Shown here: positions 50,286-60,299 of the stretch, in pieces | Position numbering within the stretch: position 1 is the first letter of the stretch | Layout of the letters: each line of letters starts with the position of its first letter | IMG/VR virus record: IMGVR_UViG_3300032313_001465 | Span: 1 to 64,000 of that record | DNA: 64,000 bases | Source: a virus | Reading direction: 5' to 3' (one strand) | Program-made: the position numbers and the translations under genes | Notes under the pieces: model-generated | Seen by the model: only the letters and a program-made list of their open reading frames with translations | What the model was told of the DNA's origin: nothing | Databases searched by the model: none

Positions 50286-51605
50286 ATGTTAAATAATCAA
50301 TCAGAGAACCCAAACTATAGAGCTAAAATAGTTCAACTAAGTAATGGTAAGAAACACAGTAATGCAGACAAATTAATGTGTTGGAATATAGATTTCCAAA
50401 ACGTTATCACCAATCTCGACTATAAGGATGGTGATGTAGTAGTCTACTTTCCTGTAGAGTGTACTATAAACAAGGATTTAATCAGTTATATTGATGGATT
50501 TGAGGACACAACTAAAAACAATAACCCTGAATATAAAGGATTTTTCAATAAACATGCTAGAGTTAGAGCCATTTCATTAAGGGGAGAAAAATCTCAAGGG
50601 TTTGTTTTAAAATCATCCATATTTGAAAATTGGTTGAAACTTGATCTCACAACAATGTATGACTATATTGGTCAAGAGTTTGATAGTGTTATGATAGGAC
50701 ATAACAATATTTCTATTTGTAGAAAATATGTTCCTGTTACACAATCTAAAGGTACTCAACCAAATAAAGGAAAACAACCAGTTTCTAGAATATCTAGATT
50801 AGTAGAAAATCAGTTTAGATTACACAACGATACTTCTAACTTGAGGAAAAATATTGATAAAATATATCCAGACGATATCATTAGTATACATTATAAGAAA
50901 CATGGTACTTCATTTGTAGTTGGAAATGTTTTGTGTAATAGGAAGCTAACATGGTATGAAAAACTAATTAAAAAACTGGGAATCAACGTTTCATCTACTG
51001 AGTACGATATCATATATTCTTCAAGAAGAGTTGTTAAAAACCAGTATGAAACTAGAGGTGCCACTTCATATTATGAGGAAGATATTTGGGGAATTGTTAA
51101 AGAGGAAATTAAAGACAAAATACCTAAAGGAATTACTTTATATGGTGAAATTGTTGGATTTTTACCAAATGGTGGTGAAATTCAAAAGGGTTATGATTAT
51201 GGGTGTAAACCAAATGAACATAATACCTATATTTACAGAATAACTTTTACTAACGAAAATGGTGATGTGTTTGAATTCACAGATAAACAAATTGAGGAAT
51301 TTTGTAAAAAGTATGATTTGTTGTATAGCGATACATTCTTTTATTATGGAAAAGCTAGACATTATTATAATGATATGATAATAGATTTACAATCTTGGAG
51401 AGAAGGTCTTTTAAGATATTTAGAAAAACAATACAACGAAAAAGATTGCTCGATGTGTACCAATAAAGTACCAGAAGAAGGTATTATCGTTAGAGTAGAA
51501 AAGCTATACGAATATGAAGCATATAAATTAAAAAGTGCTAGATTCTTGGAATGGGAAACAAAACAACTAGATTCAGAAGAAACAAATATTGAAGACAATG
51601 CCTAA
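50286..51605 (+). CDS. RNA ligase (Rnl2/DRB0094-like) with N-terminal tRNA-binding-type OB domain
   Basis: HSNADKL...LRGEKSQG; motif I KKHGTS, YGEIVG, EEGIIVR, YKLKS. Confidence 0.82.
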   Translation: MLNNQSENPNYRAKIVQLSNGKKHSNADKLMCWNIDFQNVITNLDYKDGDVVVYFPVECTINKDLISYIDGFEDTTKNNNPEYKGFFNKHARVRAISLRGEKSQGFVLKSSIFENWLKLDLTTMYDYIGQEFDSVMIGHNNISICRKYVPVTQSKGTQPNKGKQPVSRISRLVENQFRLHNDTSNLRKNIDKIYPDDIISIHYKKHGTSFVVGNVLCNRKLTWYEKLIKKLGINVSSTEYDIIYSSRRVVKNQYETRGATSYYEEDIWGIVKEEIKDKIPKGITLYGEIVGFLPNGGEIQKGYDYGCKPNEHNTYIYRITFTNENGDVFEFTDKQIEEFCKKYDLLYSDTFFYYGKARHYYNDMIIDLQSWREGLLRYLEKQYNEKDCSMCTNKVPEEGIIVRVEKLYEYEAYKLKSARFLEWETKQLDSEETNIEDNA

Positions 51606-52023
51606 ATGCTATATTTTAATTGGAATGCCCACAAGCGGAAAATCAACTTGGGCTAAAAAACAAGGATTGCCTATCATATCATGTGATGAGATAAGAAAAG
51701 AATTTGGAACTAATTACGATCCCGAACAGGAAAAAATGGTTTGGGATTGTTTTTATAAAAGATTACCTTTGTTTACAAAAAGTTTTATTGTTGATAACAC
51801 AAACAGTAAATCAGGTTATATTAATAAAATTAAAGAATGCTTAGGTAAAGACTTCGAAATTGAATACGTTTGGTTTGATATTCCACTATGGAAAGCATAT
51901 TATAGAAATGTAGTTAGGTATCTTATTCAAGGTAAGTGGATTCCATTTAAAGTATTAGATAGTATGTATAACAATTACAATAAATTAAAAAATCACAATG
52001 AAAAAGGTAAAACTTTTTGGTAA
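51598..52023 (+). CDS. Polynucleotide kinase-like P-loop protein
   Basis: GMPTSGKST, SCDEIR, VDNTN. Confidence 0.8.
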   Translation: MPKCYILIGMPTSGKSTWAKKQGLPIISCDEIRKEFGTNYDPEQEKMVWDCFYKRLPLFTKSFIVDNTNSKSGYINKIKECLGKDFEIEYVWFDIPLWKAYYRNVVRYLIQGKWIPFKVLDSMYNNYNKLKNHNEKGKTFW

Positions 52024-52603
52024 AAGTATAGGAGAATTTTCTGATGTATTCTTCTCTTCGGACCTGCACATAAATCATGAGCGAGTTATCACATTCGGTA
52101 GGAATTTTGAGAATGTTGAAGTAATGAATGATTATGTTATAGATGAGATTAATCGATTGTGTGATGCTGATTCATTATTAGTGCTTTTAGGAGATACTTT
52201 AATGATAGACAAAAATTATAACTCATTCATCTCTAAATTACAATGTAACTTAATTATGTTATATGGTAACCATTGTAACAGAAACAGATTCAACGAAGTT
52301 ACTGGAGAATGTTCTAACCGATTACTATATCATGGTGATTATTGTGAATTAGCAGTTGATAAACAAATATTTTGCTGCAGTCATTATCCTATGATGCATT
52401 GGAATTATCAAGATGAGGGTAGCATTAGTTTGCATGGACACACTCACGCATTTGAAAGTGATATTTTATATCAAATACATAAATACAAGTCACTTGATGT
52501 TGGAATTGATTCGTTTTATCAAAAATATGGGGTGTATTCGATATTTTCCTATTCAAACATAGTTGCTTACCTTAACAGCAATAAAACAGCAGACAGACAT
52601 TAA
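51998..52603 (+). CDS. Calcineurin-like phosphoesterase
   Basis: SDLH..H, LGD, GNH, HYP, HGHTH, DVGID. Confidence 0.85.
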   Translation: MKKVKLFGKSIGEFSDVFFSSDLHINHERVITFGRNFENVEVMNDYVIDEINRLCDADSLLVLLGDTLMIDKNYNSFISKLQCNLIMLYGNHCNRNRFNEVTGECSNRLLYHGDYCELAVDKQIFCCSHYPMMHWNYQDEGSISLHGHTHAFESDILYQIHKYKSLDVGIDSFYQKYGVYSIFSYSNIVAYLNSNKTADRH

Positions 52604-52613
52604 AAATAAAATT

Positions 52614-53207
52614 ATGGCAAAAGAAACACTAATATACCAAGGCGACTCTAAGTGGTCAAGAAACGCATACATAAAGTTTGTAGATAATAAAATTGTATTT
52701 GATTGTTCTGATGGAGAGTATGGACCAATTGAAGTTGATATTCAAATGTTTTATGAAGCCGAATTAAAACATGCTCATGATATTCCAAATGAAGTGGATG
52801 ACTTGGAGGGGAAGGCTGAAATAGGTGAGGTTGAGACCCATTGGCTTACTGATGAAGATGTCTCAAATTTTTCAACTAACACCTACATGGATGAGTTGGA
52901 AAATCAAAACAAAAATCGCATATCGATATGTATGTCAAAAGAAGATACTTGCAATTGGACACTAGTTCGTGAGAAGGATGGTTTAACTAAGCAATCTAAG
53001 GATATAACGTGGATAGAATGGGATGAAGATGGAGCATTTAAGGCTCGATATAAGGAAATTGCGGTAGGTAGATCATTACTTATGTCACCATTTAATATAT
53101 ATTTTACTTGGCAAACCACACAAATAACTGAGATTTTGGAGGAAAAGGAACATTACATTAAGTTTAAAACACTTAATAGTACTTACGAACTTTTTAAATT
53201 AGTATAA
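52614..53207 (+). CDS. Hypothetical protein
   Basis: ORF in operon. Confidence 0.6.
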   Translation: MAKETLIYQGDSKWSRNAYIKFVDNKIVFDCSDGEYGPIEVDIQMFYEAELKHAHDIPNEVDDLEGKAEIGEVETHWLTDEDVSNFSTNTYMDELENQNKNRISICMSKEDTCNWTLVREKDGLTKQSKDITWIEWDEDGAFKARYKEIAVGRSLLMSPFNIYFTWQTTQITEILEEKEHYIKFKTLNSTYELFKLV

Positions 53208-53216
53208 ACAAAAGAT

Positions 53217-53459
53217 ATGGCAAAGGTAATTATTGAATTTGATCCAGTTGAAGAAGCAGAAGAACTCAGAGCTGCATTAGATGGATATAAGTATAAAAAT
53301 CTTATTTATGAACTAGATCAGAAATTACGTAGCGTATGTAAATATGGAGCTGCTATTGAAGGTACCGGAGAAGCAACTGAAGCAGAGCAAGATGCGTGTG
53401 ATAAACTAAGAGATATTATTAGAGAGATGTTACGAGAAGATAATTTAACAATAGAATAA
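53217..53459 (+). CDS. Hypothetical protein
   Basis: 80 aa. Confidence 0.6.
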   Translation: MAKVIIEFDPVEEAEELRAALDGYKYKNLIYELDQKLRSVCKYGAAIEGTGEATEAEQDACDKLRDIIREMLREDNLTIE

Positions 53460-53460
53460 A

Positions 53461-54657
53461 ATGAATAAACTAGATAAACAATACACAGACCTACTTCAAG
53501 ACATCTTAGATAATGGAGTAAAGAAACAAACCAGAAATGGAGAAGTGCTATCAGTATTTGGAAGACAAATACGTCATAAAATGAGTGATGGGTTTCCTTT
53601 ACTCACAACTAAAAAGATGGCTTGGAAACAAATCGTAACTGAGTTGATATGGTTCTTACGTGGTGATACAAATATCAAGTATTTGGTTGATAACGATTGT
53701 CATATTTGGGATGGTGATGCTTATAAAAAGTTTACAAAAACTTATGAAAGTATAGATGGTGAGATTACACTACCTCCAGATGACTATATCAATGATGGTG
53801 GTGAGTTACTATCACAAGAAGAATTCATTAACAAAATCAAAACAGATGATGAGTTTGCTAGACAGTGGGGTGATTTAGGACCAATCTACGGTAAGCAATG
53901 GAGAAGATGGACTAAAAAGAAAATGTATCTATCAACCGATGGTTCATATGAGAACATCTATGATGAAGCTGACCAAACGGTTGTTGACCAAATATCAATC
54001 CTAATCAACGACCTTAAAACAAATCCTGATTCAAGACGATTAATGGTTAATGCTTGGAATGTAGGTGAATTAAGTCAAATGACTCTACCGCCTTGTCATT
54101 ATGGATTTCAAGTTTATACAAGAGAGTTGAGTGATGATGAACAGAGAGCTAGATGTCATCCTACAACACCTAACGCATGGGACGACTTAAAAGAGTTTGC
54201 TCGACTGACGGGTAATAGCGTTGAAGAAGCAGCAAAGGCAGTAAGAATATCAACCAGAGCAATCTCATTAATGTGGAATCAACGTTCAGTAGATACATTC
54301 TTAGGTTTACCATTCAACATAGCATCTTATGGATTGCTACTTGAAATAATCGCCAAGGCAGTTAATATGGTTCCAGATGAGCTTATTGGAAATTTAGGTG
54401 ATGTACATTTATATTCAAATCATGTTGAACAAGCTAAAGAACAAATTGGTAGAGAACCATATGGATTACCTAAATTGAACATCAACACAGAGTTTTGGCG
54501 TTATGAAGGTGGTGAGTGTGGTGAAGGACCTTTAGATGCAGCGGCTATTTTTGAATCATTTAAAAATGATGACTTTTGTAGATGCTTATTAGAAGAAGAC
54601 ATACAATTAGGTGATTATCAATCACATCCAACAATTAAAGCACCACTATCAAATTAA
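53461..54657 (+). CDS. thyA: Thymidylate synthase with insertions
   Basis: FPLLTTKK, ELIWF, GPIYGKQW, DSRR, LPPCH, QRSVD.FLGLPFNIASY, HLYSNH. Confidence 0.95.
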   Translation: MNKLDKQYTDLLQDILDNGVKKQTRNGEVLSVFGRQIRHKMSDGFPLLTTKKMAWKQIVTELIWFLRGDTNIKYLVDNDCHIWDGDAYKKFTKTYESIDGEITLPPDDYINDGGELLSQEEFINKIKTDDEFARQWGDLGPIYGKQWRRWTKKKMYLSTDGSYENIYDEADQTVVDQISILINDLKTNPDSRRLMVNAWNVGELSQMTLPPCHYGFQVYTRELSDDEQRARCHPTTPNAWDDLKEFARLTGNSVEEAAKAVRISTRAISLMWNQRSVDTFLGLPFNIASYGLLLEIIAKAVNMVPDELIGNLGDVHLYSNHVEQAKEQIGREPYGLPKLNINTEFWRYEGGECGEGPLDAAAIFESFKNDDFCRCLLEEDIQLGDYQSHPTIKAPLSN

Positions 54658-54726
54658 AAATGAAGAGTAACAAGACCTTCTTTCCTAATAATTCAGAACT
54701 AAGTCTTAAAACATTAAACGTATGAT

Positions 54727-55074
54727 ATGGAAATTAAAAAAATAACATACCAAGAAGTTAAGAAAGAATTTGAGGAACTAAAACCCGATCTATTAGATGA
54801 ATATGCTACCTACTTTGGTTGTTTCATCAAAGATGATTTAGTAGGAGTAGTATCTTATGTTGAGCATCCTGCTGTCATTTACTTGTGTCATGCCTATGTT
54901 AAAGAGGAACATAGAGAAAAAGGAATATACAAACTATTATGGAACTATAGAGATTCAAAAATCAAAGATTCCACCAAAATCATCTACGCTCACTGCAATG
55001 TAGATAGTCTAAAACACTTCATCAATAATGGATATAATATTGAGAAGGCACTATTCAAGGTAGTAAAAAAATAA
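54727..55074 (+). CDS. GNAT acetyltransferase
   Basis: AYVKEEHREKGIY; FINNGY. Confidence 0.75.
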   Translation: MEIKKITYQEVKKEFEELKPDLLDEYATYFGCFIKDDLVGVVSYVEHPAVIYLCHAYVKEEHREKGIYKLLWNYRDSKIKDSTKIIYAHCNVDSLKHFINNGYNIEKALFKVVKK

Positions 55075-55093
55075 TACATACGTTAAATCATGA

Positions 55094-55117
55094 ATGGGCC
55101 TGAGAAATCAGGCCCAT
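55094..55117 (+). terminator. Perfect hairpin with GAAA loop
   Basis: ATGGGCCTGA-GAAA-TCAGGCCCAT; no strong T tract. Confidence 0.55.
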
Positions 55118-55125
55118 CATAATGA

Positions 55126-55188
55126 GTCATATAAACGTCATATAAAGCGGTTGGCCTTCATGCAAATCGGTCGTATATTGATGTATAA
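55126..55188 (+). promoter_or_regulatory. GTCAT-box promoter
   Basis: Exact motif spacing. Confidence 0.8.
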
Positions 55189-55204
55189 ATAAAAACGTAA
55201 AAAT

Positions 55205-55555
55205 ATGAAACGTACAGTAAATACAAAATTCTACGAATATTCACAAAACAATACTGGTGGTTCGTTTGAAAATTCTGAAACAGATGGAATTTGTGAATAT
55301 GTGATTATTGAAGCATTGAATGCAAACCATGCAAATGCGAGAGCAGAAGATATAGGACTTTATTTTGATGGATGTGAAAATGATATGGATTGTGATTGTT
55401 GTGGTGATAGATGGTACAGAGCAGATGAAAGTGATGGTTCTGATATTCCTTCAATATATGGTACTCCTTTAGAGGACGTGACAAAGACTTTATTTAGAGA
55501 AGAATGTTTTATTCATTATTTAGATGGTACTATTTCTAAAATTATTTTCAAATAA
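55205..55555 (+). CDS. Cys-containing hypothetical phage protein
   Basis: QNNTGG...DCDCCGDRW. Confidence 0.65.
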   Translation: MKRTVNTKFYEYSQNNTGGSFENSETDGICEYVIIEALNANHANARAEDIGLYFDGCENDMDCDCCGDRWYRADESDGSDIPSIYGTPLEDVTKTLFREECFIHYLDGTISKIIFK

Positions 55556-55556
55556 A

Positions 55557-56333
55557 ATGAAAAATTTACACTTAATAAGTACGGACAAATATTCTCCATT
55601 AGCATACTCCACAAATGGAGGTGGACACTTATTTAAAAGCGAACACTACTCACCAATGAAAGAAATGGGAGACTCTTACAAAAATATCTACATCACTTCT
55701 GATGAAGAAATTAAAGTAGGTGACTGGGTTTATTGTAACATAGAGGGTTTTGAACCTGTATTAAAACAAAAAGTTAATCCAATGGAAGTAAATAATAACC
55801 TCTTAATGAAAAAAATCATCGTAACAACAGACCAATCATTAGATGGTATACAAAGTATTGATGATGAGTTCTTAGAATGGTTCGTTAAGAATAGTAGTTG
55901 TGAGGAAGTGCAGGTAGTAACAGATAGAGTTTTTAGATTTGATGAATTTCATCAAAGAGAATTTTTTAATAGACACAAAATCATCATCCCTAAAGAAGAA
56001 CCTAAACTAAACTTATCATTATTAGAATCAAAACTTGATAAAGCACTATCTAAGGAAACAGAAGAATCTCTTACTGATTGGGTGAATGGAAAAAGAACTA
56101 AACAAGAAACACTTGAAGAACGAGCAGCTAGATATGATAATATAAAATTTCCAATACCTTATGGTTATGTTGGTGCAGCAAATGATTTTATTAATGGCTA
56201 TCAATTAGCACAAGAAAGAATGTATAGTGAGGAAGAAGTATTAGATATTTTAGATAAGTTTCTAACATCAATGGTTAAAGGTGAAAAAACAGGTTTAATT
56301 GAACAATGGTTTAATCAATTTAAAAAGAAATAA
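55557..56333 (+). CDS. Hypothetical protein
   Basis: IYITSDEEIK, QETLEE, MYSEEEV. Confidence 0.65.
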   Translation: MKNLHLISTDKYSPLAYSTNGGGHLFKSEHYSPMKEMGDSYKNIYITSDEEIKVGDWVYCNIEGFEPVLKQKVNPMEVNNNLLMKKIIVTTDQSLDGIQSIDDEFLEWFVKNSSCEEVQVVTDRVFRFDEFHQREFFNRHKIIIPKEEPKLNLSLLESKLDKALSKETEESLTDWVNGKRTKQETLEERAARYDNIKFPIPYGYVGAANDFINGYQLAQERMYSEEEVLDILDKFLTSMVKGEKTGLIEQWFNQFKKK

Positions 56334-56337
56334 AATT

Positions 56338-56697
56338 ATGAACAAAGAATTTATTCCATACGAACAAGCACTAGTACTTAAAGAATTAGGATTTGATGAA
56401 CCTTGCTTTGGTTGGTGGTTTGCAGACGAAGAAATGCTTATTATAGATAAATCAACTAAATCTACATCTGAAAACATAATACAAGCACCACTATACCAAC
56501 AAGCATTTAAATTTTTTAGAGAGAAGTATAAGTTATCAGGAACACCTCATTACTTCACAGGTGGGTTTTATTGTTATACAATTAATGACATGAAAGACAC
56601 CAAAGAAAGTAATAGACTATTTACTGAGTTTGAAACCTACAAAGAAGCAGAACTTGAATGCCTTAAAAAATTAATAGAAATAGTTAAAAAGAAATAA
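56338..56697 (+). CDS. Hypothetical protein, KEFIPYEQAL paralog 1
   Basis: Shares both termini with 56699..57148. Confidence 0.7.
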   Translation: MNKEFIPYEQALVLKELGFDEPCFGWWFADEEMLIIDKSTKSTSENIIQAPLYQQAFKFFREKYKLSGTPHYFTGGFYCYTINDMKDTKESNRLFTEFETYKEAELECLKKLIEIVKKK

Positions 56698-56698
56698 C

Positions 56699-57148
56699 AT
56701 GGATAAAGAATTTATTCCATACGAACAAGCATTAGAACTTAAAGAATTAGGGTTTAATGAACCTTGTTTTGGATACCATCTTAACAACGAGTTTCAATTT
56801 TTTGCTAATATAAGAAGTTGCAATAATAATTCAGAGTTTAAATTTTATCCAACTGCACCAACATTCTCTCAATGTTTCAAATGGTTTAGGGATAAGTATG
56901 ATTTAGTACACGAAATAAGTTGGAGTAAGTATAAAGGTGGATTGAATTTTGATTACGATGTTTTCAGTTTAGTTTTACCTACTGATGATGAATTAGGGGA
57001 TGAAGATGATATCGCATCAGATAAATCAATGGAAACATACGATAGTTTGGTTGATAAAGACTTTAGGCACCATGAGTCTAATACCTACGAAGAAGCAGAA
57101 CTTGCTTGTCTTAAAAAATTAATTGAAATAGTAAAAAATGAAAAATAA
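56699..57148 (+). CDS. Hypothetical protein, KEFIPYEQAL paralog 2
   Basis: Shares both termini with 56338..56697. Confidence 0.7.
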   Translation: MDKEFIPYEQALELKELGFNEPCFGYHLNNEFQFFANIRSCNNNSEFKFYPTAPTFSQCFKWFRDKYDLVHEISWSKYKGGLNFDYDVFSLVLPTDDELGDEDDIASDKSMETYDSLVDKDFRHHESNTYEEAELACLKKLIEIVKNEK

Positions 57149-57635
57149 AACACAAATGACACAAAAATTAACAGTAAAAGTAACCGAGGTTTTAAAAATA
57201 CATGAAATAGCATGTCCAAGATGGAAAGCAACCATCTCATCTTATCTATCTAGAATAGATGAAGATCAAAACATAACGTTTTTTCCTGAAGAAATTAAAT
57301 GTATGTTTAAAGCAGCAACCGAAAGTCAATTACCTGTGTTGGAAGAGGTATTTGGTAAAGTAGCAGTGGTAATAGAGTATGATAAATTAAAGACGGGATC
57401 TATTGTTAAATTACATAAAAATAAAAAGGGACAATGTGTTGGAGGTACTGGTGACATGGATCTATCTAAAACGGTGAATATAGTTTTTGCCAACACACCA
57501 CATTCAATAGATTTTCGGGGCAAATTCGTTAAAAAATGTTATTATGCTAGCTATTATACATTTGAACAAAATGGTGTTTTTGCAAGATATAGTTCTGATG
57601 AGTTGGATTACATAGCCGAAGTAATAGAATATTAA
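57138..57635 (+). CDS. Hypothetical protein
   Basis: LKIHEIACPRWK...AAT..Q..VLEEVFG resembles the C-terminus of 63113..63751. Confidence 0.6.
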   Translation: MKNKTQMTQKLTVKVTEVLKIHEIACPRWKATISSYLSRIDEDQNITFFPEEIKCMFKAATESQLPVLEEVFGKVAVVIEYDKLKTGSIVKLHKNKKGQCVGGTGDMDLSKTVNIVFANTPHSIDFRGKFVKKCYYASYYTFEQNGVFARYSSDELDYIAEVIEY

Positions 57636-57652
57636 TCATTTAAAACCGTAAA

Positions 57653-57910
57653 ATGACAGCAGATAGAATCAAAGAAATACAAATGGCAACTACTTATCCT
57701 GATAGTGTAAGTGTTCAACAAGCATTGTTACAAGTTTGGAATGAATGTGAGCAGGAGCACCAAAATAAAGCACATGATGTAACAAGATTTGAAGTTGTTA
57801 GTTGTGATGAGGAAGGCAGAGTATACACAAATTACAATTGCAAAGTGGTATTGTCTTATCAAGATGATGGCAAAACTTTAAAAGCATTTATCACCACAAG
57901 AAACAAATAA
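57653..57910 (+). CDS. Hypothetical protein
   Basis: 85 aa. Confidence 0.6.
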   Translation: MTADRIKEIQMATTYPDSVSVQQALLQVWNECEQEHQNKAHDVTRFEVVSCDEEGRVYTNYNCKVVLSYQDDGKTLKAFITTRNK

Positions 57911-57914
57911 AAAT

Positions 57915-58100
57915 ATGAGAAAAATTACACAAATGTATAGTACAGCAAAGTCTGAGATCATGAGTTTTAAAAAGGAATTTGATGGGTTAGAAACCACAGC
58001 TTTAAAGGTTGTCGTAGGAGGTATCCTGTTTGCTGTGGCTCTATGGTTTGGTTTGTATGTATCTCTTTGGTTAATTGTAATATTACAGGGTTGTGCTTAG
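57915..58100 (+). CDS. Small membrane protein
   Basis: C-terminal hydrophobic segment ending WLIVILQG. Confidence 0.55.
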   Translation: MRKITQMYSTAKSEIMSFKKEFDGLETTALKVVVGGILFAVALWFGLYVSLWLIVILQGCA

Positions 58101-58809
58101 ACACATAATATAGGGCCCAATTCAACGCTGTATAAACGCTTTAACGGCGGTAATGATAGGGAATAAGAATTATGGTGTGTGGAAGTAGATCGTTGGATAA
58201 GAGCAGGTAAATGCGGTGAGGAAAGGGTGTATGTTACCTGTATGCGGGATGGGGACCGTGGAGAGATGGAGGAAGGTAACCAATTTTTCGCGCGCTCGCA
58301 CCCTCTCCGTCGATAACCCTAAAAAAACGTTTCGGGCGCCCTAAACCTCTGTTTATAGCACACGAATAACTAACGCACTATAACATCTGAAAATATTTTG
58401 CAAAAAAATCGACTTTACTATCCTCCTAACATATGTATCGGCAGCAATTACGACGCGAGACATAAGTGTTGGCTACGGCGTAGTGAGTAGTAGATCCCAC
58501 CTCAGTGTGTATATGAATGATACGAACCTCACCTTCACAACAAATGCATCAAAATCGCAATATGCTACAATAAATTAAAGTAGATGGTCTTACCAAAACC
58601 ATTAGGTGTGATGTAACGCGATGCGAAAAGTACCTAACCCAAAACATTAGGATTAATACCCTACCACCATGTAAACCATATTACGGACCATTGCCCGTTG
58701 ACGCAATAAAATTTATATGCTATCTTACTGCCTGTGTTATTGATACACATATTGCTAACACTCTACATATACACGCTGTTCATATCCATGAACGGCTACC
58801 TTTGACTAC
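58101..58809. other. Long GC-enriched non-coding block
   Basis: About 700 bp with no ORF of 60 aa or more; G-rich then C-rich; several palindromes. Confidence 0.6.
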
Positions 58810-58873
58810 GTCATAACTGAGTCATATGAAATGGTTGGCTAGGCGAAACACCGTTCGTATATTGATGTATAAT
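58810..58873 (+). promoter_or_regulatory. GTCAT-box promoter
   Basis: Exact motif spacing. Confidence 0.8.
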
Positions 58874-58888
58874 TAAAAATAACAAATT

Positions 58889-59476
58889 ATGAGTAAAATT
58901 AAAAAGAAACTAAAATTAGTAGATGTAAGTGATATTAAATCTGAAAAATGGTATTTTATTAAACATGATAATCCTAATAATCCATGTTATTTAGTTGAAG
59001 GAGATGATGCTCTTAGAATAATATTTAAATGGTGTGGATTTGATTTTGATGACAAAGAAAAAATGGATAAATTAGGAGGAATAAAATATCTACAAGAAAA
59101 TGATCCAATTCTTAATTTAGCAGAAGGATATGTTGAGAAACCAGGTAAAGGTAGAGGTAGAGGAATGGTTATTTTTGAATTATTTGAATATGAGGAAGGT
59201 GAAAAGAAAATCGATGATTTATTAGGATTAATACCTGGAAAAAGATATTATAGACATAAAAAATGTAAGAGTGGTGTTTATCAAGGGAGTTATTTGGTAG
59301 ATGGAGAGGAAGAGATTCGTTTTAAATATTCTTGGAACCATGATTATAATTGTACATTAATGGAGCTTCATGATAATGATATATGTTTTAAAAATGGAAA
59401 ATGGAGAGATTATACTGAATGTAATGAAGAATTTGATACTAGTTTATGGGATAAAATATATAATATTAAGAAATAA
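58889..59476 (+). CDS. Hypothetical protein
   Basis: 195 aa, after a promoter. Confidence 0.65.
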   Translation: MSKIKKKLKLVDVSDIKSEKWYFIKHDNPNNPCYLVEGDDALRIIFKWCGFDFDDKEKMDKLGGIKYLQENDPILNLAEGYVEKPGKGRGRGMVIFELFEYEEGEKKIDDLLGLIPGKRYYRHKKCKSGVYQGSYLVDGEEEIRFKYSWNHDYNCTLMELHDNDICFKNGKWRDYTECNEEFDTSLWDKIYNIKK

Positions 59477-59488
59477 AAAATAACAAAT

Positions 59489-59698
59489 ATGAAATGGATT
59501 GAAACAAACAAATTGGCTCCCGAATTCGAAAAATTAGTGCTTGGTTATACTGATTCGAAGAAGATAGTTATTGTAAAATGTATTGAAAAAAGATCTCGTA
59601 AAAATGGTGACCAATACTATTGGGAATATGCTGAAGGAGAGGATTGTTATTGTTGTGTTACACATTGGATGGAATTACCATCCGCACCAGAAATGTAA
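59489..59698 (+). CDS. DUF551-like protein
   Basis: MKWI...P...VL...VTHWMELP. Confidence 0.7.
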   Translation: MKWIETNKLAPEFEKLVLGYTDSKKIVIVKCIEKRSRKNGDQYYWEYAEGEDCYCCVTHWMELPSAPEM

Positions 59699-59758
59699 TA
59701 ATATAGTCATATCAGAGAGTTGGCAAATCGAAACACTGTTCGTATATTGATGTATAAT
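59695..59758 (+). promoter_or_regulatory. GTCAT-box promoter
   Basis: GTAAT-N6-GTCAT-N9-TTGG-N17-CGTATATT. Confidence 0.75.
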
Positions 59759-59777
59759 AAAAATTAAAATAAAAAAT

Positions 59778-60236
59778 ATGAAAAATCAATTAATCCAAGT
59801 ATTAAACAGTGATATCCAAAGTGATGTGTTTTATGGTTCATTCCGTACCAAAGTAAAAGGTAAATATATTACAGTAAATGTATCTAACCACATTAAAGAC
59901 ACTACCAAAAAATATGAATTCAGAGCCGCATTCAAATGTAGAGCAGGATTCGTATCAATAGGTGATTATAATACAATACCATATGATGTTATTTCAAGAT
60001 GGGGCCATAATAACCTAATAAACGTTCAGGTGAAATCTGAAGGTGGGAATTGGTTTGATGTTTATACTACCAAAGGTGGTAAATGGTATTCAATTGATAA
60101 AGGATTTTTAGATGTTTTAACAGTTGGAATTATGAGAACATCATTCCCTGATATGTGTGATTATCATATTTGGGAAATTATGGACGCCAAAACATGGGCC
60201 GATAAAGCGTTTACACCAAACGTCATGGTTGCGTAA
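59778..60236 (+). CDS. Hypothetical protein
   Basis: 152 aa. Confidence 0.65.
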   Translation: MKNQLIQVLNSDIQSDVFYGSFRTKVKGKYITVNVSNHIKDTTKKYEFRAAFKCRAGFVSIGDYNTIPYDVISRWGHNNLINVQVKSEGGNWFDVYTTKGGKWYSIDKGFLDVLTVGIMRTSFPDMCDYHIWEIMDAKTWADKAFTPNVMVA

Positions 60237-60285
60237 TATAAAAAATTTGGCGAAGCGGAATAGTGTTCGTATATTGATGTATAAT
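60222..60285 (+). promoter_or_regulatory. GTCAT-box promoter
   Basis: GTCAT-N6-GTAAT-N9-TTGG-N17-CGTATATT. Confidence 0.75.
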
Positions 60286-60299
60286 AAAAAATTAAGAAA

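Noticed and set aside
53461-54657. dCMP hydroxymethylase feeding DNA glycosylation
   Set aside because: Retains canonical ThyA motifs including the dUMP-specifying Asn in PFNIASY
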